A DNA stretch of 64,000 nucleotides from a virus (IMGVR_UViG_3300032516_000014:12396-76395), one strand, 5' to 3'; positions 37,533 to 47,051 are shown, counted from the stretch's first letter. Notes: generated by a model not told the origin, from the sequence alone. Translations and numbers: made by a program.

Positions 37533-39670
37533 ACCTGCGCGGGAGCCAGAGGAACAGGTGGAACAGGCTGTCCCGGATTCATAGGTGAAGCAGGCTCCGG
37601 CGGCGCAAACGCTTCCGGTGTGCCAACCCCGGGCTCCTGGCCGGCTTGCTCCTGGGCTGCCATTGCTTTGATCTTCTGCACCGCCGCTTTCGCTTGCTGC
37701 ACAGCCTGAATGTCCTCAGCAAACACGTTTTTGTCCGCGCCCTGAGACAAAGCAAACCCTAGATGCTGCTCCGCATGCGACAACAAAATTTCCAGCAGCG
37801 CAACCGCGTCAGGTTGTGTCATCGCTGCCGACACTGTCGCCGTAATCGCCTGCAACTGCACGTCCAGATGAATGCGATGATTATCCCGAGGAGACACCGG
37901 CACTTCCTGCCCGTGCACCATCAGGAAATTCTCAAGCTGCTGCATGCGCGCTTGCTCTGCCAACTCCGTCGGGTCTTCGTCCGGCAGCAAAATCTGGTCC
38001 GCAAAATCCCCGCTAATCAAGGCCGAAACCTTCTCGCGTTCCAGTATCTTCTGATTGTAGAGCGGATTCGAGCGGCCCTCCTGGGCGATCACCACAATCT
38101 TCTGCCGCTGCAACTCCGTGAAGTCGGACACCGTGTTGATCGTCGGCTGATTCGCCAACATTTGCAACTCCTCCGGCGACATAACCTTCAACAACCGCTG
38201 CTGCATCTGCTTCGCCGGCTCGTCATCCACTTGCTCCGAGCAAATCCGTTTCTGCATGATGCTCACCAGATCCGACATCTGGGTGAGAAACCGACCGATG
38301 ATCGCGTCGGCCTTTTCGTCATCCCGGGCCGCGTAGAAGTCCACAGCAGCCTTCGTCACGCGCTCTCCCTGAAACACTTTAGGCGTGGTGCTGCCAGCAA
38401 TCTGATCGAGCAACCCCGTCAACCACGAGTCCATCGCGATGTAGGGGTCCACCGCGCCGTCAATCCTCTGCTGCGACACCTCGAAATTGTTCGACACAAG
38501 AATCGCATTGCCAAACACGTTCATGCGGAACTTGCGGAAATGCTTCTCGTCGCCGCGCAACACAAGCTTGCCCGCAAGCTGCAACCGATCGACGATCTCG
38601 TTGCGCGCACGGTCAAGGACGTTAGCCATCGCATAGACTTCGCGACCAATCCCCTTGCTGCCATGCAGGGTCCCATTGGCCTGCTGGAAACTGAAAAACG
38701 CCGCAACGTCCGCCATCGACTCAAACCGGTCCGCCCGCCCAAACACCGGGTAGAACGCATTCGTTGCGTAAACCGAGTGACTCACCTTGCCCGTAACTTC
38801 CACCGCGAGCACATGCCAAAGCTCGATCACCGAAGCCCCCTGCATAAAACTTCCGAACAGCGACAGTTGCCGTTGCAAGTCCTCATATACGCGCGCCCAG
38901 TCCGCATACTTGCTACGGATAGTCTGCGGAGAGGCCTCGTTGACCGCCTTCACGGCGTTCGGGATGTTCCAGCCTGCGTCATTCGCCGACTCGTGGTCCC
39001 TAATCCGGGCAAACAAATCATGAGGCAAAATCGTCTCTTTCAGCACCACAAGCTGCGCATACTCCGGGTTTTGCTTGGTCCCGATCGGGACGAAAAACTC
39101 ATCTTGCCGAAACGCTTTCGGCCACCAGTCATACTCATCGAGACACGCGACTCCAGCAAACCCAAACAACGCGTTCTCCTGCGCAATCTCGGACACGAGG
39201 TTCTTCCACCCCTTGCGCCCCCGGATCAACTTCGTGATCTCCTCGCGAAAACGACGCGTTTTCTCCGTCGAGCCCTGGACATAGTCGGGCAACTGCGAAC
39301 TGGTGAGAAACTTCACTTTGTCAAGCGCGTCGGCGAACCGCGGCGCCACCTTGTCGATCAACGTCGGCAGTGGCTTGGTCGAGAAATTCGCCTTCCACGA
39401 GAGGCCCTCCTGTTCCAGCAGTTCATCCTTCCACGGCTTCTCCGCGTCATACTTGCTCATGATCCGAGCCGCGATGATGTTACGCTGCCGGTTATCCTGC
39501 ACGAGCTTGACGATGATCTGCGCCGCGACCGCTTGCGAGGGAACAGAGCGCTGCCGCGGCTGCATCGTCGCAGGATCGACCGCGGGACTCCTGATCATGC
39601 CCGCCTGGGCCGCATACTCGGAAATGTAGCTCTGCTCCAGACCTGTCGAATACGTGCTATCAGTTGCCAT
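37529..39670 (-). CDS. portal protein
   Basis: 713 aa after the terminase; helical, with a Q/P-rich C-terminus and a DNHRIH motif seen in large podovirus-type portals. Confidence 0.75.
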   Translation of the reverse strand: MATDSTYSTGLEQSYISEYAAQAGMIRSPAVDPATMQPRQRSVPSQAVAAQIIVKLVQDNRQRNIIAARIMSKYDAEKPWKDELLEQEGLSWKANFSTKPLPTLIDKVAPRFADALDKVKFLTSSQLPDYVQGSTEKTRRFREEITKLIRGRKGWKNLVSEIAQENALFGFAGVACLDEYDWWPKAFRQDEFFVPIGTKQNPEYAQLVVLKETILPHDLFARIRDHESANDAGWNIPNAVKAVNEASPQTIRSKYADWARVYEDLQRQLSLFGSFMQGASVIELWHVLAVEVTGKVSHSVYATNAFYPVFGRADRFESMADVAAFFSFQQANGTLHGSKGIGREVYAMANVLDRARNEIVDRLQLAGKLVLRGDEKHFRKFRMNVFGNAILVSNNFEVSQQRIDGAVDPYIAMDSWLTGLLDQIAGSTTPKVFQGERVTKAAVDFYAARDDEKADAIIGRFLTQMSDLVSIMQKRICSEQVDDEPAKQMQQRLLKVMSPEELQMLANQPTINTVSDFTELQRQKIVVIAQEGRSNPLYNQKILEREKVSALISGDFADQILLPDEDPTELAEQARMQQLENFLMVHGQEVPVSPRDNHRIHLDVQLQAITATVSAAMTQPDAVALLEILLSHAEQHLGFALSQGADKNVFAEDIQAVQQAKAAVQKIKAMAAQEQAGQEPGVGTPEAFAPPEPASPMNPGQPVPPVPLAPAQV

Positions 39671-39676
39671 AGAATC

Positions 39677-39964
39677 TCACTTCTTCTTGCGAAAGCGCGC
39701 CCAGGTCCACTTCGCGCGCTCCCAGTAACCGCGAGGACACCGCTCCGCCGAAAACAAAACCTTCACCGGCAACATGCACAAGCATACCTGGCATTGGGTG
39801 GTCTCCCACAAAAACTCGGAACACCGCACGCACCGCGCCGTTCGAGCCGATGAAACGTCATTCGGAACCGTGGTGTGCCCGTTGAAAATCCACCACAGGA
39901 AATTCAACATCCCGGCCTTCGCCGCATACCAAAACATGCGTGGCGCGACTTTCATCGAGTCCAA
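39677..39964 (-). CDS. small Cys-rich (Zn-binding) protein
   Basis: RCVRC...CQVCLC...RCPRGYW; an alternative ATG lies at 39955. Confidence 0.65.
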   Translation of the reverse strand: MDSMKVAPRMFWYAAKAGMLNFLWWIFNGHTTVPNDVSSARTARCVRCSEFLWETTQCQVCLCMLPVKVLFSAERCPRGYWERAKWTWARFRKKK

Positions 39965-40536
39965 CAGTTCGCCGGCAAGAACGGGTATCCCATCGGGCGC
40001 CGTTCAAGCAACACCGAAACCCGCGTATCAGTGCCCAGTGCCCGGCAAGCCCGCAACGACTCCTGGCCGAGCTTCTTTCCCCGCTGCAAAATTCCCGAGA
40101 TATTGTCGATCACCGAAGAGCACGTCGCACAGCTCTTGCCCAGGTCGGCTTGCTGCGGACACTTGGCGCACACCTCCACTCGCGCCCGAACTTCTTCGTC
40201 GCGAATATAACTCAATCCGCCTTCGCCACTCTTTCGGAACGTAAACGCGAGCCATCCCGTCACCTTTCCATCCAGCGACGCATTCTCGGAAATCTTCGGC
40301 TGTTCGGCCGGCATCCCCTGTCCACAAAGCCCCGGATTGTTCGCACATAAGAAATCCGTCAACTGGTGTTCCAACGCAGTAAGTGCCTTGGGAGAAGTAT
40401 CAAGCCGGCGCTGCACCCGATACTCAACCAGCTTGTTGAGCAGCCCGTCAAAGTCCCCGGCCGTAAACCGCACACCTTCAGCGTCGATGAAGAAATACCC
40501 ATTGCAGGGGTAGATGTTCGGATTGATCCTGGCCAT
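39952..40536 (-). CDS. Cys-rich hypothetical protein
   Basis: RVEVCAKCP, CATC, ACRA and PANCW. Confidence 0.7.
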   Translation of the reverse strand: MARINPNIYPCNGYFFIDAEGVRFTAGDFDGLLNKLVEYRVQRRLDTSPKALTALEHQLTDFLCANNPGLCGQGMPAEQPKISENASLDGKVTGWLAFTFRKSGEGGLSYIRDEEVRARVEVCAKCPQQADLGKSCATCSSVIDNISGILQRGKKLGQESLRACRALGTDTRVSVLLERRPMGYPFLPANCWTR

Positions 40537-40631
40537 GAAAAAGAAGGAGCGGCGGAGTCGATCAAGTCATGCACGCCGGACTTACCGGCTGCTGATTGAG
40601 AACTTTTGGCTGCGCGCCGCTCATAAGTGAC

Positions 40632-40835
40632 TTAAAAGCGGCCCGAGGTGCACGTGCCCGTGCCCGACTTATGCGCGGACGACACCGGAAGTTGCTTCGG
40701 AAGTCGCAACGGCAAATTATGGACCGTGTTCGGAGGTCGCAACGGCAAAATGTGAATCGTGCCTTGACCAGACTTCGGAGAGGATGTGCTCATAATGGAT
40801 TGGAACTGTAAACCAAGTAAACTGTGCTTCGTCAC
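40632..40835 (-). CDS. small hypothetical protein (possibly only a leader)
   Basis: GTG lies exactly 6 nt after the late-promoter -10 box. Confidence 0.35.
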   Translation of the reverse strand: MTKHSLLGLQFQSIMSTSSPKSGQGTIHILPLRPPNTVHNLPLRLPKQLPVSSAHKSGTGTCTSGRF

Positions 40836-40841
40836 GATACT

Positions 40842-40869
40842 CAATTGCCTTTTTCTGCGTTTTGGTCAA
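40842..40869 (-). promoter_or_regulatory. putative late promoter upstream of the portal cluster
   Basis: TTGACC-N14-GG-CAATTG-N6-GTG. Confidence 0.6.
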
Positions 40870-42755
40870 GCAATCCCCCAGTCCTCGCGCTCCAAACGGT
40901 TCGTGCAGTCGCATACCACGACCGGCTCTCCGTCGTCCAAACCCGGACCCGATTCCGTCGCCGGAAGCAGTTCGCCCTTCATGCTCAGACTCACCCCCGC
41001 CGCCATTCGGATGCCGTGAACCAACAGCGTCACCGCGTCTGCTTCATTGGGGGAGGAGGCCATTTCCCGACTGCGGTAATCGTCCTTTTCCTCCACTTTG
41101 GCCAGCTTCCCCGGAGCGTATCTCCGCTTGCCAAGCTGCCGATACAACTCCGCCGTATCAATAGCCGGCGCCAACTTCACGAAATCAAACTCGATCCACT
41201 TTTTCAACGCAAACCAAAGCTCCGAGACAAGCTTCTGGTAAACCTCCTTCGGAGTCTGCTCGTCCTCCTCGAAAATCTTCTTCTCCGTCGCCGCCTCCGA
41301 GTAGTTGACGGCCATGATCTCTGGGCTCCAAATCTCCCGCAGCAAATCAACGACCCCCGCCCCGTGCCCCGTCTTGTCCAGCATGATGTGCCCCGGCTGC
41401 ACGCCAAGCTGCAAAGAAAATTCCCGAACCTTCCGGGTCATGGCAACCGTCTCACCCTTCGGCAACTCGAAAATCGCCTCCACCTGCAACCCGTAGCGGG
41501 GCCTGGATCTACCCAAAGAATCCTGGAACATGGTCGTCGTGCCCTTGGGATGCTGAATTGAGGGAGGCAACTCGACGCCGACCGCGATACCGAACAGCCC
41601 GTGCGCATAGACCGCTGCATCGCCCCCGGTCAGCGCCAGATCCACCCCCGCGTAACCCGAAGGCCGCTCCGAGAAGATCAGCTTCCCCTTGAACCGATCA
41701 AGTATCCCCTGCGGAATGACCGCGAAGTTCACGCCTTCGGGCGGATAACACCCCCGAGCCATCGTGAAATAGCCCGGCGTTCCGATCCCGCCCGCATTCG
41801 AGATCACGTTTTGCAGCCCCTCAGCAGTCTGCAAGCCGGGGTAAATCACCTTTTTCTGCACCACGTTCGGGCATCGGTAGGCATCGAGCCGAACCACGTC
41901 CCAGCCGCGTTTACTCCGCCACTGCTCCGACTTCTCGATGTCGAAGCCAAGCTGCCAGCCTTGCTGAGGCTCCGCACGCTGGCCCGTGTTGCCGTTCATG
42001 TCGCGCGGGTTATAGGCACCGATGATCTTGAAGTTTTCCACCCCGTTCACGTTCGACACGGAGTTGTCGATGTCTTTCCACACCGCTAACGGCACCTCTT
42101 CGAGTTCATCCAGGAAGATAAACAGCCGAGACAGCGTCCCAAAAATAGGATGCTTGTGCTTCCGCGGTCGGTTGTGGAATCCCTGCAACCTGCCGGCGGC
42201 TTTGGTCTTACCGATCGGAATCACCACCCCCGAGATCGAGGAAAACCGCTGCCTGGTGTTGAGCCCGATGAAGAGCTGCTGGATCGTGCCGGGCAACGGC
42301 AAAGACGATTCCCGATGCAAATCCACCAGATGAGAAAACAAGTTGTCTTCAAGATGCTGCTCGGAGGGACCGATCAGCTTCACCGAGGTATTCTCCGGGT
42401 CCCGCACCCACTCCAACAACAGCCGGCCCCCGATTGAATACGACTTCCCCAGGGAAGCCGCGCCCATGATCAGCATCAGCGCCGACCGGTCGAACGTGCG
42501 CCAAAGCAACTTCGTGCCCGGGGCGTCCGTGGTGAACTTCGCCTCATCCCACAACAAGCGCGCAGCTTGATCAGTCCGCTCGTGGTCCAGGCACCACTGC
42601 AAGAGCGAGTAAAGCAACGGCATCGCCTCTTCGGCAACCCGCGGAAGACGATCCAGCTTAGAAAACGCCGCGATATGCTGGCCAGCTTTGACATAGCTCT
42701 TCGTGCGCAACTCGTGCGCAACTTCCGCAATCAATGTATCCCGGGCGTCACTCAT
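40866..42755 (-). CDS. terL: terminase large subunit
   Basis: Walker A GAASLGKS, Walker B LFIFLDE, IGAYNP coupling motif, and nuclease motifs GVDLA, DKTGHGAGVVD and SPNEADA. Confidence 0.92.
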   Translation of the reverse strand: MSDARDTLIAEVAHELRTKSYVKAGQHIAAFSKLDRLPRVAEEAMPLLYSLLQWCLDHERTDQAARLLWDEAKFTTDAPGTKLLWRTFDRSALMLIMGAASLGKSYSIGGRLLLEWVRDPENTSVKLIGPSEQHLEDNLFSHLVDLHRESSLPLPGTIQQLFIGLNTRQRFSSISGVVIPIGKTKAAGRLQGFHNRPRKHKHPIFGTLSRLFIFLDELEEVPLAVWKDIDNSVSNVNGVENFKIIGAYNPRDMNGNTGQRAEPQQGWQLGFDIEKSEQWRSKRGWDVVRLDAYRCPNVVQKKVIYPGLQTAEGLQNVISNAGGIGTPGYFTMARGCYPPEGVNFAVIPQGILDRFKGKLIFSERPSGYAGVDLALTGGDAAVYAHGLFGIAVGVELPPSIQHPKGTTTMFQDSLGRSRPRYGLQVEAIFELPKGETVAMTRKVREFSLQLGVQPGHIMLDKTGHGAGVVDLLREIWSPEIMAVNYSEAATEKKIFEEDEQTPKEVYQKLVSELWFALKKWIEFDFVKLAPAIDTAELYRQLGKRRYAPGKLAKVEEKDDYRSREMASSPNEADAVTLLVHGIRMAAGVSLSMKGELLPATESGPGLDDGEPVVVCDCTNRLEREDWGIA

Positions 42756-43590
42756 ACAACGGAGCCGCGTCACGCACATTAACGTCATTCCCGCAAACCC
42801 TCAACTGCCGGGCGACTTCCGCAAAACCGCTATGCAAATCTGCGACCATCACCCGAGCCCGCCTCAAAATTTCCATGTCGAGAAAACAGTTCAAGTACAT
42901 CTCCCGCAACTTCAAATCGCCCCGCTGCAACTGCGGAGCCACTGTCACGTCCGCTTTCTGCCACTCATCGGGAGGCCGATAGTGCGGCGCTTGCGACACC
43001 TCAAAATCGAGTTTAGACGCCAACTCGACAAACTGCCCAAACGCGTCCGACGTATCCGAACAAATCACTACCTTGTTTAGTCCGAAGTTACCCCGAAGCG
43101 TTTTACACGCCGCAAGGTAGCAAGACAGGTCGATCGCATTCGATTCTGCAATCGGTCCCGCCACTTTGTCCCCGCGCCGAATGTGCACCCCGATGTAAGA
43201 CTTTCGCTCCAACTTCTGTAAAAATGCATCCGCAGCCAGAAAGTCGCACACGTGTTTCGCCGGGCGATAAAGCTGCTGCATCAGGGCAGAATGGTAGCCA
43301 AACGCGGTGTGGTGTCCCTTCGGAAACCACTCACGCTGCTCCGCTCGATCCTGCTGCGCGAGCCCCAGGTTACTTAGCTCGACAATTTCCGCGCCAGTCA
43401 GCGCGTCAAACGAAACAGTGGACATACTTTCAAACCAATCCTGCACCCTCCCCGTATGAAAAATGGGATAATTGTTTTCCTCGTAGAAAAACTCCCACCC
43501 CCGCACTTCCGCGAAAGTGCGCCCCCACCGCGCGTGCAGCAAGTGCGCCCCAAAAGGCCACCACAAATCTGACATTTTGAGAATCGTCAT
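42748..43590 (-). CDS. alpha-fucosyltransferase-like (GT23/NodZ/GT11-type) glycosyltransferase
   Basis: YIGVHIRRGDK GDP-sugar motif; VVICSD; DMEIL...SGF. Confidence 0.75.
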   Translation of the reverse strand: MTILKMSDLWWPFGAHLLHARWGRTFAEVRGWEFFYEENNYPIFHTGRVQDWFESMSTVSFDALTGAEIVELSNLGLAQQDRAEQREWFPKGHHTAFGYHSALMQQLYRPAKHVCDFLAADAFLQKLERKSYIGVHIRRGDKVAGPIAESNAIDLSCYLAACKTLRGNFGLNKVVICSDTSDAFGQFVELASKLDFEVSQAPHYRPPDEWQKADVTVAPQLQRGDLKLREMYLNCFLDMEILRRARVMVADLHSGFAEVARQLRVCGNDVNVRDAAPLYE

Positions 43591-44255
43591 ACCGCTCGCA
43601 AACTCTGAAGCGTTCCGACCCAGTTTCGTTCGTTTCCCGACACCAGTCCCGCGGTCCCGCGCGGATAGTGTACTACCGGCGAAGTTTGCCAGTCTGTCCG
43701 TTGAGCACGCCCACCCCAAACGTCTGCACCACGCACCGGAAATTCTACAAGCACCCCCGGCACAAGCGTCGCTTCCTTGCAACCATGCCAACAATACTGC
43801 GTCAAACAGTGCATGTCCTGGGATTCTTCGGCCCGGGGCCACGTTTGCACAAAATCGACGATCACGTTTGCAAGCTTCGCCGACCACAGCCGATCCGCAA
43901 AGATCATCGGAGAAGTCGTGCCGTTGAAATACTTCAACCCGGTCCAGTCTGCTACGGGCGACTGCAATCCGTAATTCATCACGCTGTAATTCGTCAGCAG
44001 TCCGCCGCCGCACGCGGCCAGAGCCAGCCACCGCGCAAAGCACCGCTTATCGTAATCGATCCCACACAGCGACGGAAATGAACGCCGATCCACGGCCTGC
44101 ACCAACTCCTGGAATCGAGCGTGCGCCCGCGCTTCCGCAAGAGAAAGCACCTGCGTCTGCCAGCCGCGTTTTCGCCAACTATTCGCCCAAAGCTCCGTCA
44201 AAGGCCAAAAATTCGGATGCCCCGGCAACGGGTCGTAAAACGTAAACACTTTCAT
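43587..44255 (-). CDS. glycosyltransferase-like protein with degenerate DxD
   Basis: Paralog of 44252-44884; LLTNYSVMNY replaces IIVDADVINY. Confidence 0.55.
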   Translation of the reverse strand: MKVFTFYDPLPGHPNFWPLTELWANSWRKRGWQTQVLSLAEARAHARFQELVQAVDRRSFPSLCGIDYDKRCFARWLALAACGGGLLTNYSVMNYGLQSPVADWTGLKYFNGTTSPMIFADRLWSAKLANVIVDFVQTWPRAEESQDMHCLTQYCWHGCKEATLVPGVLVEFPVRGADVWGGRAQRTDWQTSPVVHYPRGTAGLVSGNERNWVGTLQSLRAV

Positions 44256-44884
44256 AATTCTCGAAGGCAACGAATGCTCGGGGCTTTGTGCGGCCAGTCT
44301 TGCGGGAAGTCCCGCCACAAAGTTGCATTTGCATAATGCACGCATGGGCACTCAAACCAACGAGGCCAAGAATATACCCGGCAACATTGGCACCCCGAAG
44401 GAGGCACGTATTTCGCAACCACAAACATATCGCTAATATGGGGTCGCCCTGCCCTCGACACCACGCAGTCCCCCTCCGGAAGCGTCAAAATCCGAGTGAC
44501 GAGACTCCGCGCGCCCTCCGCCGACGCTGACACAAATCCACTTGATCCCGAGGCGTCGTGAGAAGCGCAAACTTCGACCACGAAATCTTCAGGCCGCAAA
44601 GAGTAGTTGATCACGTCGGCGTCCACAATAATCCCGCCGCCGACCTGCTCGAAGGCCAGCCATCGGAGCCAGCACACGTCTTCATAGTCTCGTGTGTTCA
44701 CCGTGGGGAAACTTGCGATTCGATCTCGAAAAACAGAGAAGCGCGGATTGTCTTGTGCGTGCTCGCGACCGAGCACTTCAGGACGCCATCCGCGCTTCGA
44801 CCAAGACTCTTTCCAGAGTTCGATCAGTGCTTTTTGCTCGTCTTCATTTCCAGGCAAGTTTTCCGAATACGTGAATACGGTCAC
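44252..44884 (-). CDS. glycosyltransferase-like protein (GT32-like DxD)
   Basis: RWLAFEQVGGGIIVDADV motif. Confidence 0.65.
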   Translation of the reverse strand: MTVFTYSENLPGNEDEQKALIELWKESWSKRGWRPEVLGREHAQDNPRFSVFRDRIASFPTVNTRDYEDVCWLRWLAFEQVGGGIIVDADVINYSLRPEDFVVEVCASHDASGSSGFVSASAEGARSLVTRILTLPEGDCVVSRAGRPHISDMFVVAKYVPPSGCQCCRVYSWPRWFECPCVHYANATLWRDFPQDWPHKAPSIRCLREL

Positions 44885-44890
44885 GTATTC

Positions 44891-44918
44891 ATATTGCCTA
44901 ACAGGCCGGTCCGGTCAA
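44891..44918 (-). promoter_or_regulatory. putative late promoter (leaderless) at the head of the GT-terminase operon
   Basis: TTGACC-N14-GG-CAATAT-N6-GTG. Confidence 0.65.
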
Positions 44919-45224
44919 GTCACTCGACTTGATCGGGTGCTCCTCCGGCCGGTCAATAACGTCGTCGCTGATCCGCTGGTGCGCGCCTGGAGGCACCTGG
45001 CACCAAGGCCCGCCAGTGCGCGGCCAGTTCGGAGTCGGAGGATACGTCGAAGGAAAGATCTCCGACGGCGGCGGAAAGACAGGCGGCGACACTATCGGCG
45101 ACGGCCGCATCGCATTCGCACGCTCCGTCGCTGTCGCAATCCGCTCCAACGCCGCCGCAATCCGCTCCAAATACTCCCGCTTCCACTCTTTCAATGCGTG
45201 TCCATTACATCCCGCGTTCGACAT
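44898..45224 (-). CDS. hypothetical protein (LERIAAALERIA repeat, Pro-rich)
   Basis: ATG 2 nt after the upstream stop. Confidence 0.55.
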   Translation of the reverse strand: MSNAGCNGHALKEWKREYLERIAAALERIATATERANAMRPSPIVSPPVFPPPSEIFPSTYPPTPNWPRTGGPWCQVPPGAHQRISDDVIDRPEEHPIKSSDLTGPAC

Positions 45225-45226
45225 AA

Positions 45227-45547
45227 CTATCCTCTCAGTTTGCCGGCAGCGTAGTTCAACACCAGCGCGTCCAGCGTTTTCTTCCCGCCATTGTGCACCG
45301 CGCACGACTTGACCACGAGGTCGAAGACGTGGCGATCCAAAGCATCGAGAAACTCCCGCCCCGCCCGATGCCCGTGTTCCCTGGCCTTCCGGCGGACTTC
45401 GCTGACCCGAATGTAATGCCGCGCCAGCAGCGGAGGCCCCGAAAGGACTCCCTCACCAGCAAACACTTCCACCAGCGTCTTACCCAGACACGGCGCCGGC
45501 AATTCGGCCGGCGTCCGACCCCCGCATGCTCCGTCTCCAATGCTCAT
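45227..45547 (-). CDS. putative histone-fold protein
   Basis: YIRVSEVRRKAREHGHRAGREFLDALDRHVFDLVVKSCAVHNGGKKTLDA follows the prokaryotic histone pattern (helix 1, long helix 2, KT loop). Confidence 0.6.
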   Translation of the reverse strand: MSIGDGACGGRTPAELPAPCLGKTLVEVFAGEGVLSGPPLLARHYIRVSEVRRKAREHGHRAGREFLDALDRHVFDLVVKSCAVHNGGKKTLDALVLNYAAGKLRG

Positions 45548-45954
45548 AGCAACCCTTTCTCGTGATACCGCTTCCCTTGCTCAATTAACGCAACCGCCTG
45601 CGGGTGCGTCCGCCTGGCCGCCAACAGCGCGACCGGCACCCGGGCCGCCGCTTTGCTGTCGAAACAGCGGTCGCAGAATATCATCGACTGGAGTATCTGG
45701 CCCCCGGAAACACCGAAGATGTCAACCCCCGTGGCACTGCGACAATCGAGAATGCCCCGGCACATCGGGCAAAAGCAAGTCATGCCGACGAAACCTTTGA
45801 ACGCCGACGCCCGGATTGCAGCATCGGGGAACTTGTCCGCATCGACCAGCGAGATCCCCGAGACTTGCAGCACCGGCGGCGATGCGCACGAAGGCCGATG
45901 CGACTTGCGGACGTTCCGCCGCACATCATCCAGCAACAGTTCGCTCTGAATCAT
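45544..45954 (-). CDS. Zn-finger hypothetical protein
   Basis: FCPMC...FCDRC. Confidence 0.55.
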   Translation of the reverse strand: MIQSELLLDDVRRNVRKSHRPSCASPPVLQVSGISLVDADKFPDAAIRASAFKGFVGMTCFCPMCRGILDCRSATGVDIFGVSGGQILQSMIFCDRCFDSKAAARVPVALLAARRTHPQAVALIEQGKRYHEKGLL

Positions 45955-45961
45955 ACGCCTC

Positions 45962-46123
45962 CTATCCCGCTCGCTCTTTCCACTTTTCCGCCAAGTCATC
46001 CATCCGTTTCAGGAGGGCCAACAGGTCGAGGTAGTATTGCTGCCTCGAACCTTGCTCCGCGGCCTGGTCTCGCAACCAGCGAACCAGGCGGTCTTCATCG
46101 CAATTTGTGTTTTGTAACTTCAT
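45962..46123 (-). CDS. small hypothetical protein
   Basis: ATGA-coupled; MKLQNTNC... Confidence 0.5.
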   Translation of the reverse strand: MKLQNTNCDEDRLVRWLRDQAAEQGSRQQYYLDLLALLKRMDDLAEKWKERAG

Positions 46124-46443
46124 ACGCATTCCTTGTGAAACCACCAGCCACACTGGCGGCAATTGTAGTGAGTGAGCTTGCCCAGGCTCCCGCCGGCAAA
46201 AGCCTCGCCGCCGCACATCGGGCACTGCTCGTGTTCGGGGGCCTCGAAGTCGCAACCGACCTCCTCCGCCGGCTTCGTGGCCTCTGTGATCGCCCTCAAA
46301 CACGCCAGGCAGGTGATCGTCGCATCGACTTGGAAGAAACTACCCCGGCTCCCTGGAGTCTGCCCGCACAACGCGCCTTCCTGCTCCGCCGCATGAACGC
46401 GCTTACCGCACTCACTCCGACACGCTTCAAAAGTTCTGTTCAT
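46120..46443 (-). CDS. Zn-ribbon hypothetical protein
   Basis: Leaderless ATG at 46443; HAA...LCG...TCLAC and CPMC...CRQC. Confidence 0.65.
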   Translation of the reverse strand: MNRTFEACRSECGKRVHAAEQEGALCGQTPGSRGSFFQVDATITCLACLRAITEATKPAEEVGCDFEAPEHEQCPMCGGEAFAGGSLGKLTHYNCRQCGWWFHKECV

Positions 46444-46449
46444 GCGCTC

Positions 46450-46507
46450 ACTTTCGCACACCCAGCACCGGAGCGCAATCCCGCAAAACACGATTACAGG
46501 TGCGCTT
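46450..46507 (-). promoter_or_regulatory. boxed leaderless promoter (leftward)
   Basis: AAGCGCACCTGTAATCG-N12-TTGCGC-N17-GAAAGT-N6-ATG. Confidence 0.7.
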
Positions 46508-46518
46508 ATAGTTTGAAA

Positions 46519-46576
46519 AAGCGCACCTGTAATCGTCCAAAGGGCTGTTGCAATCGCCAGGAAGCGGGATTACCGT
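46519..46576 (+). promoter_or_regulatory. boxed leaderless promoter (rightward)
   Basis: AAGCGCACCTGTAATCG-N12-TTGCAA-N17-TACCGT-N6-ATG. Confidence 0.75.
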
Positions 46577-46582
46577 CCCACC

Positions 46583-46888
46583 ATGAAACGAAACAGAATC
46601 AGCAAGAACCAAGCAGCCCGAGCAATCGCCCACGCCGTGCGCAACGGCTGGAATCGCCGGGTTGACGTTTCCCGAACCCTACAGAATCAACCGCGGTGCA
46701 TTATTGTGCAACTCGGCAAAGCAAAGGGCTCAGAATGGGCTCAACTCTTCGTCAACTTCGTCAAGCACGTCAGTTCCGAACGCTGGAGCGTGCAGCTCCA
46801 CTCGCAGTGCAACTACCATCACAAACTGGTCCAAGGCCGGTCGGAATTCGGTTATCAACTCAGCCGGATGAACTCGGAGGCAGCCTAA
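46583..46888 (+). CDS. early hypothetical protein
   Basis: Starts at the leaderless promoter. Confidence 0.7.
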   Translation: MKRNRISKNQAARAIAHAVRNGWNRRVDVSRTLQNQPRCIIVQLGKAKGSEWAQLFVNFVKHVSSERWSVQLHSQCNYHHKLVQGRSEFGYQLSRMNSEAA

Positions 46889-46909
46889 CCTTCAACCCTT
46901 CCTAGTGAT

Positions 46910-47050
46910 ATGAACGGAAAAATCTACTTCGCAAATCTCCACGAGCTCGCAATGTTCTTGCGCGCCTTCACCGGCTCCACTGCCACTTTCGAGGTGCAAT
47001 ACAATCCCCGGGCCGCCCGCTGGGTGCTCGAATTCCTGGAGGGATTCTAA
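46910..47050 (+). CDS. small hypothetical protein (46 aa)
   Basis: MNGKIYFANLHELAMFLRAF...; 1-nt gap to the next ATG. Confidence 0.55.
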   Translation: MNGKIYFANLHELAMFLRAFTGSTATFEVQYNPRAARWVLEFLEGF

Positions 47051-47051
47051 T

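Noticed and set aside
37763-39853. 696-aa plus-strand ORF, and similar long antisense ORFs at 31903-33243, 22701-23933 and 6023-7937
   Set aside because: These are shadows of GC-rich minus-strand genes (portal, capsid, adaptor, polyprotein), with R/H/L-rich composition and no motifs.
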